Source of the DNA: a bacterium
GTDB lineage: Bacteria > Electryoneota > JAOADG01
Reading direction: 5' to 3'
DNA length: 64,000 bases
Assembly: GCA_963681965.1 (NCBI GenBank)
Contig: OY820579.1
Location: 1,920,001-1,984,000, forward strand
Both the position numbers and the translations under genes were made by a program. Position 1 is the stretch's first letter. The number at the start of each line of letters is the position of its first letter. The notes below the pieces were generated by a model that ran no database searches, was not told the DNA's origin, and saw only the letters and a list, made by a program, of their open reading frames with translations. Of the stretch, positions 27,791 to 37,300 are shown one piece after another.

Positions 27791-30520
27791 TTACTTCAGG
27801 TAAACTGCTTTACGGGTGGTGATGAAATTCGGTGACTTCATCGTGATGAAGTAAATCCCCGCTGAAAGATTATTCGTCTCTCCCGACCACACAATTGAAT
27901 GTATTCCGGCATCGAAATCCCGATCGCACAGTGTCGAAACCTGTCGTCCGGCGGCATCGAATACCGTTACTTGAACGCGGCTCGTTTGCGGTACGGCAAA
28001 TCGAATCGTAGTCGAAGCATTGAATGGATTCGGTGCAATTGCATGCAAAGCAAATTTCGTGGGAATTGTAGAAATTGCTTGATCGGTGGGATTTTCAGAC
28101 TCGATTCTACCGATCGACTTCGGATCCTCGCCCTTATCACCCTTCGAATCTGCAACATCGTTGTTGATGTAAGTGTCGATTGGCGCAAGGAACGGAGGAG
28201 TCAGGTCAAACGGATCCGGAGTGAATATACTGTAAATCGAAACTACTTGGTTAGTGGTATTTAATCCGGCAAATTTGCCAACAATTGCCCACCGATCGCC
28301 GTCCTGACCATCCGACTGCCAAGTAATCACTCGCCGAATTTCAAAGATATCGTTTTGTGAAAAATTGGTATAATAATTATGATCCCATCCCTGCCACCGG
28401 GTTGGATTCGGATAATTTGGAGCGATCGCGACTACTGGACTGGTTTGAACATATGTTTCGGGTTGTGAATTTACGATTACTGGAGTAGTAAGTGCCGTAC
28501 CTAAAACCGGCGACCAAACCTCAACAACATTTTTATCGCGTTCACTGGTTCCATACTGGTCATACACGACACAATATCGAGTACCGGAAAAAGCGATTTG
28601 AGGATAGGCGTAGTATCGATTTCGCTCTCCTGTGAAAAAGAAATCTGTGTTGATGGTATTGATATCAAGAATTGTATTGTCGGCAACCCTCACATTACCG
28701 TCGTTATATGCAATTCCGATTTGATTGTGAGTGCCGGAACAGATCGATGGATGAACATCGAAATCGTGAATATTCCAGAGATGCGTAATTCGATTCGAGT
28801 TGCCCACTTCAAAATGATGCGATCTGAGTAATTTCACATCGATTGTAGGAGGATCCTGACGTGAAGAGACGAACGTTATTGCAAAAAATCCTTCTCCCTC
28901 AACGAAACAGACATCCGGATCCATGGAGTTGGATTCAGAGACGATAGTGGGTGGAAATTCTTCAAACGGTAACCTCCCGACTGCGCGAATTTGATCGTCT
29001 GCTTGCCAGGTGATACAATATCCACCGTCATTCGAGAATGCTACTGATGGTTTGTACAAGACACGTCGAGATGGATCGGGAAATTCTGCGCTGACAACGA
29101 CATCATTTTCGGTTAATTCGTATGTTTTATAAGTTGGATTCCACCGTAACGATGATCGCTTGATCACATTGAAAAATGTGTCGTCGATATGTTCACGCCA
29201 AACCACAATTATACTCCCGTCAACCGGATTGACAGCGACATCGGGTGCATCGCATACTGTGGTAGGTCGGGGATCGTTGATTTTGAATTCTCCGGATTCG
29301 GCAAGACCCATCGGGTTGTACCACCGACCGCGAAGATAATTGGTTTGACTTAACCAGACTACAACAAAGCTCCCATCGAGTGGATTGCAGGCGATTGCAG
29401 ATTGTTCTTGAGAACCGGAAGTAGTGTAGTTGTTGACTTTCAATTCTGTCGGATTCGCGAATCCAGCGGTTTGAAGTCGACCAAAGGACGGGGCATATCC
29501 TCCTACGAATTTACCGATGCTATCGGCTGGGAAGTTGGTGAATCCTTGATGATATAAACTATCGACGAAATTCAAATGTTGACGTCGCTGCATTTCATTG
29601 ACACTCATGTTGATCACGGCTGCCTGCGCATTGGCAATATTGTTAATCGTATAGGATTTGTAAGACATCGCATGCTCGCCGAAACGAGGATTACCAAGGA
29701 CCTTTCTTACGCCCCAAAGTGTATCGCTTTCCTGAACCAGCGCATTTAGCGAATTGTCCGTGATGCCCGGCGCAATTTCGGATACGGTACGAGCTAACGC
29801 CCAACTTGCAGCAGTTGGGTGCATCGTCGAAACCGCATTGTAGTAATTTCTCGCGATCAGGTAGTTGCGGATCAAGTTGACACCGTAATACTCGGAATCA
29901 ATTGCATGAGATCGCGCATGATTGTAGCCTGTTGGATAACTGAAATTGTACCACTCCGTGTATTCGCGATTGTTGACGATGTTAGTTGCAGAGATGCCGG
30001 TACCCACTCGGTCTCGAATGGCACTCATTGAAGCTGTATCGATCGTCCCGTTGTGTTCGAATCGAAAATAATTACCCATAACGTTGTATTCGTAGGGTGC
30101 TGGACCGGGAACATTAGCTGGACCTGAAGAGCCACGACGTGCATGGGCATATGCAACGCGACGATTGGCAACGCGAACCGAATTCATTACAGTATCGACC
30201 ATAGCTGAATCGAATGCAGTGGCGATATCGGTTGCAGAACGGTATGTGAATGGTAAAAATTGACGAGGACCGCCAGCCCAACCATTGGGACAATTTCTCT
30301 GCCATACATAGGGCGGATTCATCGAGCTATCTTTCTTAGCTATTTGCCGCCATGCTTTCCAAACATTGTCGTAGGTATACAGATAATTTGAACCGAGGGG
30401 TGTACTCGTTGAAGAGACAAAGCCCATCATTCGACAGGCAGTCGCGCTATTTGCAATGATAACGACAAGAATCAGAGTAAGCAGAAGAATTGCACGGAAG
30501 GTAAATCGTTTACCAAACAT
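27791..30520 (-). CDS. Secreted class II glutamine amidotransferase-like (Ntn hydrolase) protein with T9SS type A-like C-terminal domain
   Basis: Signal peptide then CRMMGF; YAHARRGSSG, FEHNGTI, IDSEYY (GATase_4/EgtC-like motifs); beta-rich middle; APNPFNAST..LSAGIYF..RKAVYLK. Confidence 0.8.
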   Translation of the reverse strand: MFGKRFTFRAILLLTLILVVIIANSATACRMMGFVSSTSTPLGSNYLYTYDNVWKAWRQIAKKDSSMNPPYVWQRNCPNGWAGGPRQFLPFTYRSATDIATAFDSAMVDTVMNSVRVANRRVAYAHARRGSSGPANVPGPAPYEYNVMGNYFRFEHNGTIDTASMSAIRDRVGTGISATNIVNNREYTEWYNFSYPTGYNHARSHAIDSEYYGVNLIRNYLIARNYYNAVSTMHPTAASWALARTVSEIAPGITDNSLNALVQESDTLWGVRKVLGNPRFGEHAMSYKSYTINNIANAQAAVINMSVNEMQRRQHLNFVDSLYHQGFTNFPADSIGKFVGGYAPSFGRLQTAGFANPTELKVNNYTTSGSQEQSAIACNPLDGSFVVVWLSQTNYLRGRWYNPMGLAESGEFKINDPRPTTVCDAPDVAVNPVDGSIIVVWREHIDDTFFNVIKRSSLRWNPTYKTYELTENDVVVSAEFPDPSRRVLYKPSVAFSNDGGYCITWQADDQIRAVGRLPFEEFPPTIVSESNSMDPDVCFVEGEGFFAITFVSSRQDPPTIDVKLLRSHHFEVGNSNRITHLWNIHDFDVHPSICSGTHNQIGIAYNDGNVRVADNTILDINTINTDFFFTGERNRYYAYPQIAFSGTRYCVVYDQYGTSERDKNVVEVWSPVLGTALTTPVIVNSQPETYVQTSPVVAIAPNYPNPTRWQGWDHNYYTNFSQNDIFEIRRVITWQSDGQDGDRWAIVGKFAGLNTTNQVVSIYSIFTPDPFDLTPPFLAPIDTYINNDVADSKGDKGEDPKSIGRIESENPTDQAISTIPTKFALHAIAPNPFNASTTIRFAVPQTSRVQVTVFDAAGRQVSTLCDRDFDAGIHSIVWSGETNNLSAGIYFITMKSPNFITTRKAVYLK

Positions 30521-30980
30521 AATTTCTCCTTGTTGAGTTTTCTAGAATTTGATTGGATAAGTTTCAGTCGCGAGATAAAGAAGAGCAGTTATCGAGAGAA
30601 AAATGGCTTAGGAATATCAAGGCTTGAAGTAATGAAATGATAACACCGTAAATTCTACAATAGATAGACGAGATTATCATTGAATTTAATTATCTCGATA
30701 ATGGATCGCGACGAACTAATAATAAACGATGATGTCTCTAAAAACAAACTAAAGTTAAAGCTTATTTATTATTGTATTGATATTATCTCTCGCTGTAAAC
30801 AGTAAAATCCGTATCTTTACGTCTTTATTAATTAAAATATAAATACTCTAAACAGAGGTGTGATTTATGTTATTATAAGATCGACGATTAAGTTTCGTCC
30901 CGAATCTTCCTCAGATTGCGGTCTAATTAGCACCAATCCAGTACAATTTTCAACCGAATATTCGATTTGATGTATGATTC

Positions 30981-31011
30981 AAAAAAAAAGGGATGACGAT
31001 TCCGTCATCCC
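30981..31011 (-). terminator. Intrinsic terminator after PAP2 gene
   Basis: GGGATGACG/CGTCATCCC stem with 9 T on the minus strand. Confidence 0.85.
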
Positions 31012-31031
31012 AAGTCAATAAACTATTTTGG

Positions 31032-32156
31032 CTAATCTAAATTCATACTCACACCGAAACCGAGACAATCGTTTTTCCATTTCGGTCCCGCCTGCATTCG
31101 CTCCATTAACGGTTTGTGTAGTTTCAGAGCATGTTTTGGATCTTCCACCACCACCGTTTTTCCGCGAGCCGATGTAATTTTCGCCATTGTATACCCGATC
31201 GAAATACCGAGCGGATAATCGCTTGCCCAGTGAACTCCATTATTGACCATGGCAAAACCACAAGCTGTCATAAGGGTGTATCCAAAAGGACGAATCCACT
31301 TCTTTTCTGGATAGTTATCGGCGATAATCGTGACAGTTGCCATCGCAGTTGCTAGGTGTCCGGTAGGGTAAGCATCGTATTTAGGTACATGTTTACCGTA
31401 GTCGACGAGACTCGGAAAGAAAACCCAGCGACCTCGCGGCTCAGTGGCTGCAGCAGCCGATTCGCGACCAGTGGAATGTTTCAGGATTTGTATGACTGTA
31501 CCGGTGGTGAGGATCGCTTCTACCAATTGTGCGCCGGTTTGTTGCGCTCGCAGATCTTTGGTGACTGTGCCGTAAATCCACAATCCACCCGCGATAGAGG
31601 AATGGGTAATACCATCGCCCAGAAAATACAAAATAGTATTGCCATCGGAGGGGAAGTTGAGGGGGAGCTTGACCGTTTGTCCGTTCAATTTCACACTAGC
31701 ACGAATTACCGGAGTCTGCGTCTCTTTATGGCTTAATCCGATGCGATGGGCGAACCGTTTGGTTTCGTCGGTGATTTGTTGGTCGTATCCAATCAAAATA
31801 GCGGTACTGGCAGTCATCGCGACGATTTCCGGGATTTTTTCGCGGCGGAACGTCATCTGAAGATATTTTTTGATGTTCATGTATGGAAACATGTAGTAGC
31901 GCGAATTTTTGGCACGAACGTAGGTATAGTAAATACCCGGTTTAACCGGATAAATAACCACTTCATCGGTGTTTTCAGTGGCTTCGGTTTCGCGTAGAAA
32001 GTTTGCCATGGTTTGAACGCTGGCTGGTGTGAGACCGATACTGGATGTCGGTTGACGAGTGCGGCTCAAGGTATCGGTTGATTCGGAAGCCAAGGCGAAG
32101 GCATACAGACCGCATAATATCAGCATTAAAAGGATAAGACGAAGATTTCCAATCAC
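31032..32156 (-). CDS. PAP2-family phosphatase-like protein with signal peptide
   Basis: LKHSTGRES, YPTGH, HWASD motifs. Confidence 0.85.
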   Translation of the reverse strand: MIGNLRLILLMLILCGLYAFALASESTDTLSRTRQPTSSIGLTPASVQTMANFLRETEATENTDEVVIYPVKPGIYYTYVRAKNSRYYMFPYMNIKKYLQMTFRREKIPEIVAMTASTAILIGYDQQITDETKRFAHRIGLSHKETQTPVIRASVKLNGQTVKLPLNFPSDGNTILYFLGDGITHSSIAGGLWIYGTVTKDLRAQQTGAQLVEAILTTGTVIQILKHSTGRESAAAATEPRGRWVFFPSLVDYGKHVPKYDAYPTGHLATAMATVTIIADNYPEKKWIRPFGYTLMTACGFAMVNNGVHWASDYPLGISIGYTMAKITSARGKTVVVEDPKHALKLHKPLMERMQAGPKWKNDCLGFGVSMNLD

Positions 32157-32418
32157 GAGGGGAGACTCCTGAGTTGGTAGAAGATTAGACTAGATCGTAT
32201 CTGAACCGCTTAAATTATTCAATCGGAAGCGAAAAAACAAATTTCCGAATTATTAAGGAAAAGATCGTCTACTATTGATCGTAAGTGTTGTAACTTCGGC
32301 TCTAACCGAGAAAAGAGTGCCTCTCGCCGAGTTTCACCGGCACGAGGTTTTTTCTATATTAAGGGTGGCATTGGAAACGTATAAATCGTTTCCCTCAAAT
32401 TGAATATGGAGTATTCCC

Positions 32419-33342
32419 ATGAAGATCACCGTAATTGGTGCAGGTAACGTCGGTGCGTCTACCGCACTGCGCATTGCCGATCAAGAACTGGCTCATGAAA
32501 TCGTTCTGGTCGACATCGTTGAAGGTATCCCTCAAGGCAAAGCACTTGACCTTTGGCAGTCAGGTCCCGTTCAGCAATACGATAGCAAAGTGATTGGCAC
32601 GAACGACTACGCCGACACCGCCAACAGCGACATTATCGTCATGACTGCCGGTCTGGCACGCAAACCGGGCATGTCCCGCGATGATTTGCTTGTAGCCAAC
32701 ACGAACATTGTTACGGACGCGATTTCGAAAGCCGCTCCGGTTTCTCCGAATGCGATTATCATTGTCGTATCCAATCCATTGGATGTGATGACGTATGTCG
32801 CACTGAAAGTATCCAAATTCCCCGCTCACCGCGTGATGGGTATGGCTGGTATTCTTGATACCGCCCGTTACAAAACGTTCCTAGCCGATGCATTGAAAGT
32901 ATCGGTTCGCGATATCCACGGCATGGTTCTTGGTGGACATGGCGACACGATGGTGCCGCTGCCCCGCTTTACTTCAGTCGGTGGTATTCCGCTCGAGACA
33001 CTGCTTCCGGCAGAAACCATTCAGGCGATCGTCAAACGTACGCAGGATGGCGGAGCGGAAATCGTTAAGCACCTCAAGACCGGTTCCGCGTTTTACGCTC
33101 CGGCAGCCGGTGCGGTCGAAATGGTCGCGGCAATCGTCAAGGATACCAAGCGACTGCTTCCGGTCTGCGCATGGTTGAATGGCGAATTCGGGTACAAGGA
33201 CGTCTATATGGGCGTGCCATGTATTTTGGGTAAGAAGGGCGTCGAAAAGATTCTTGAATTCCCGTTGGATGATGCCGAAAAAGCATTGTTTGCGACTTCA
33301 ATTTCCCATGTAAAAACTGAGACCGCCAAAGTCAATATGTAG
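32419..33342 (+). CDS. mdh: Malate dehydrogenase (LDH-like)
   Basis: VIGAGNVG, TAGLARKPGMSRDDL, VSNPLD, LDTAR, GGHGD. Confidence 0.97.
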   Translation: MKITVIGAGNVGASTALRIADQELAHEIVLVDIVEGIPQGKALDLWQSGPVQQYDSKVIGTNDYADTANSDIIVMTAGLARKPGMSRDDLLVANTNIVTDAISKAAPVSPNAIIIVVSNPLDVMTYVALKVSKFPAHRVMGMAGILDTARYKTFLADALKVSVRDIHGMVLGGHGDTMVPLPRFTSVGGIPLETLLPAETIQAIVKRTQDGGAEIVKHLKTGSAFYAPAAGAVEMVAAIVKDTKRLLPVCAWLNGEFGYKDVYMGVPCILGKKGVEKILEFPLDDAEKALFATSISHVKTETAKVNM

Positions 33343-33387
33343 TATTTGGTGCTTCGGTCTTAGTTCTTGGTAAGAGAGTGAATAGAT

Positions 33388-33415
33388 CAGGCGAGCTGCA
33401 AGGCTCGCCTGTTTT
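33388..33415 (+). terminator. Intrinsic terminator of mdh
   Basis: CAGGCGAGC/GCTCGCCTG stem followed by TTTT. Confidence 0.85.
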
Positions 33416-33580
33416 ATTCTAACTGATCTTGTTACAGTGAGTGTAATATAGAATAATGAGTAAAGGAACCGGGAATTTCATGACCAACCGTATTGCTGAC
33501 CCTTCATCGAACCCAACTCCCAAAGAAATAGGGTTACCGTTTCCTCAATTATTGTTATCCTGAAATGGATATGGTATCTG

Positions 33581-34219
33581 ATGACTGCTAAAAACATTGA
33601 GCCGATGCAAAAAACCGAGCGCTTCTGGGATCGTCTGGCAGATCAGTTCGATAACGCTGAAAAAGGGTTTGAGCAACCACCTGTCGATAGGGTAAGAAAA
33701 TATCTTCGCAACAGCGATGTCGTGCTGGATTATGGCTGTGCGACGGGTACAGTCGCAATCGAAATTGCACCCGCCGTGAAAGCAGTGATTGGAATTGACA
33801 TTTCGTCGAAGATGATTGAAGCAGCAAATACGAAAAAAGCACATTCGAAATTTACCAATGTGGAATTCAAACAGTCGACGATCTTCGATCCACAATTATC
33901 GCGAGATTCATTTGATGTTCTGCTAGCATTCAATATTCTGCATCTGATTGACGATCTTCCTGCGGCGATGCAACGGATCAATGAGTTGATGAAACCGGGA
34001 GGTTTGATGATTTCAGTGACATCGTGTGCCGGTGAGAAAAAGTCGATTCTCAATGGGATGTTATCGTTGCTGATCAAATTGGGCATCATACCACGCATGA
34101 ATTTCTTCACGATACCGGAATTGAAAGCGACGATAACATTGGGTGATCTCCAGATTATCGAAGCTGAGCAGTTGGAACATGGCGTAGCGAATATGTTTAT
34201 TGTGTCGAAGAAAAGTTGA
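33581..34219 (+). CDS. Class I SAM-dependent methyltransferase
   Basis: FWDRLA, VLDYGCATG, GIDISSKMI, FDVLLAFNILH, MKPGG. Confidence 0.92.
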   Translation: MTAKNIEPMQKTERFWDRLADQFDNAEKGFEQPPVDRVRKYLRNSDVVLDYGCATGTVAIEIAPAVKAVIGIDISSKMIEAANTKKAHSKFTNVEFKQSTIFDPQLSRDSFDVLLAFNILHLIDDLPAAMQRINELMKPGGLMISVTSCAGEKKSILNGMLSLLIKLGIIPRMNFFTIPELKATITLGDLQIIEAEQLEHGVANMFIVSKKS

Positions 34220-34245
34220 AAATAATGGTTGAAGGTATTCAGGTT

Positions 34246-34286
34246 AAGTAGGGGAGACTCGCCACAATCTCCCCTTACTTTTGTTT
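34246..34286 (+). terminator. Probable terminator between convergent genes
   Basis: AAGTAGGGGAGA...TCTCCCCTTACTT imperfect stem followed by a T-rich run. Confidence 0.6.
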
Positions 34287-34324
34287 GTATGATACTTTAC
34301 ATAATGAATCTATAAATTAGTTTG

Positions 34325-37300
34325 TCATTTCCTTTGAATCTCATTCGTCGTTCCATTCGATATTCTACCGTCCAATCGTTTCAGCATTTCACTTTCGTGA
34401 ATCGTTTCTCGCGCATGATCGCGTTGCAGTTCGCGAATGATGCGGTCGAAACTGTCGGTACTTCCTGACAAGGCTTTTACTTGATAAAAAATGGAAGAGT
34501 TGGTCTGCGCCACATTCAAATCAGTAAAGAACGTGGTGCCTGCTCCCACTACTTGACCAAGATAAGCCCACTCATCAGTATAGAGATTTTTATGAAACAC
34601 AAGATAACGATCGACTGTCGTTGCCAATCCATTGGCTGAAGTATCGACCCGATCCCAATTGAGCTGAACATCATAACCCGAAAGGGTGATCGAGAGATTG
34701 CCCGGAGCTGCCGGTTCAAATCCGGCGATTCCGTTGCCGGATAAAGGAATTGCGATTGGATTGTACGGTGCTTCGAAAGCTATTCGTAACGTATCGTGAT
34801 AGTTTCTCGCGGAATCGGGGTAGAATCTGACCCAGAGCTGAAGTGTGTCGCTGGCAGCAGTCGTGGAATCGGTATCGAGTACTCGCCAGCGGAACGGAGT
34901 AGTATTCAGTGTCGTCATCGTAAGATATCGCACCGAAACTGGATTGCGATTGGCGATCTTTACCAACACTGAATCGCTGGTCAGCGGAGCGCAATCGGCG
35001 AAATTGATTTCTGTCCGAGAGCAATATAAATCGAGCAGCAATCCGAGTGTCGAAGCCGATACTGTGTCGGAATTGGCTGTCACATCGCCATTCGCATTGC
35101 GAGCTGTAGATATAAACCGGTAGTTCGTGTTATTCGCCAATCCATTCACCGAGACGGTAGCACCCCACGTAGCAAGATTCTGCCAGACCATTGTATCGCT
35201 GAGCACTCCGGTGGATTGGACATATTGGTTGGTGTTCAGTTCGTGAACAGCGTAGGTAACGGTTGCAGGATTATCGACCCCATTCAATACCAGTGGTATC
35301 GTTGTCAATGTCGGTGGGTTGTACGTCAGCACCGGCACCGCTGCATTCGTCCACCCGTCGGCAGTGGCAAAGCCAGTAGTTATTCCCTGTGAACTTTGTT
35401 TGAAGATACGATACCTATAATGCGTTCCCGGGGTCACGGAGGTGTCGGTATACTGAGTGCTATTGACGGGTGCCGTTGTTAGGTTTGTAAATTCTACTCC
35501 ATTCGTCGACCGCATGATCGGAAAGCCAATTTCATCCGCGCAATTATCCATCCAGTGAATTGTCATCGAGTGGCTGGTAATTGCTGTAACCGGTGTTGCT
35601 GCTGTCCCGGGATAACATGGTGGTGGAATAAAATTTGTATTGAATGACCACACCGGACTGGCAATAGACCAGATGGAATTATTGGCGACAACATACCAAT
35701 AGTATTGTGTCATTGATGACAGAATTTCACTCGGAGTATAATAGAGCGAGTTAATTCCAGCTACTACTCTGGTGGTTGGTGGGTTCGATGTTCCGAGATA
35801 GACATCGTATCCAGTTGCATTGGCATCGCCGGTCCAGCTCAACGTTGCGTTAATCGGGACACCGGTTGCACCGTTATCGGGAATGGGTGTGGTCGGCGCA
35901 TTCAGCTTGAAGAAATGATAGGTTCGTAGTGAATCCGGAACGGGAGGACCGTACTGGAGATAACCGTTCGCTCCATTCGTATCCTGAATGGCAGCCGCGG
36001 CAAACACCGTTTGTGTCGTGGAGCTACGGGAACCGTAATTCACATCGATATTGCCATTCTCATATACGACAACCTGAGCCGCAATCGGACCGACACCACC
36101 ATACATGGCGAAGTTAGTATACGTAATGACCAAGCGGGTCGGGGCAGTCAGGTTTTCATACTTGACTGTAGTCGAAGCAACCGACATATCGTAATTCCAG
36201 AAGTAGACACCGGCGGGATAACCACCAGTTAGCGGGAACGATGCGCTGGAGTAATTATTTGGATTTTGTCCGCCAAACTGAATTCGTCCGTTACTTCCAG
36301 CATACCACGTCGTATAAGTACGACCGTAAAAAGTGAATGGGAAACCGATATTGTATGGACCGGCAAAACCGTCGTCGGTGTTTGTCCAGCCACTAACCAT
36401 GGTTGCTGAGGCTGACGGGGTAATCCAATTGTAGCCCGTACCGTTGCTGGCGACCATTCGGTAACCATAAGCATCCGGACCGGCATGGTACGGATCGACA
36501 GTTGTTACCGATACTGTATCGCTATAATTGGTTTCGACCGATGCACCGTTTCGTGCCTTCACTGCGAACCGGTAATTGGTGCCTAGCGATAAACCGGCTA
36601 CGGTTACCATTCCCCACGTTGCAAGATTTTGCCAGACCGGCGTTGCACCCAGAATACCTGTAGATTGGAGATATTGATTGGTGTTGAGTTCGAATATACT
36701 GTACGTAACAGCCGCAGAGTTATCGACGCCATTTATTACCAGTGGAACTGTAGTCAATGTAGGTGTGTTGTTTGTCAGAATAGGAACCGTCGCATTCGTC
36801 CAGCCATCGGCGGTAGCGTAGCCAGTTGTTATCCCTGAACTTCCTTGTGCATGTATCTGGTACCAATAGCGCGTGCCCGGAATTTGGGCAGTATCGGAAT
36901 ACTGAGTGCTGTTAGTTGGCGCGGTTGCAAGGTTTGAAAATTCTACTCCATCCGTCGAACGGAATATCGGAAAGCCGATTTCATTCGAACAATTGTCGAT
37001 CCAGTGAATTGTCATCGAATGGTTGGTGATTGACGTGACCGGTATATCAGAATTTCCGGGAAAGCACGGTAAAGAAAAATACGTGTCGAATGACCACACC
37101 GGTCCGGGAGCAGACCCATATAAATTATTGGAGGTGATATACCAATAATATTGCGTCATTGGTAACAAACTAGTACTCGGAGTATAATAGGGGGTATTTA
37201 ATCCCGTTGCCACTCGAGTGGTCGGTGGATTGGTCGTTCCCAGATAGATGTCATAGGTTATTGGTGTCATCCCGCAAGTAGGTGCAGTCCAACTAAAGGT

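Noticed and set aside
30521-30980. AT-rich intergenic stretch as a mobile-element scar or ncRNA
   Set aside because: No inverted or direct repeats or stable structure found; consistent with an ordinary promoter region
32320-32353. Hairpin plus T run upstream of mdh as a possible attenuator
   Set aside because: The stem has a 2x2 mismatch and a TATATT promoter-like box lies just downstream (32355), so it is probably outside the mdh transcript
33456-33563. 35-codon ORF between mdh and the methyltransferase
   Set aside because: No clear RBS or motif; cannot be supported
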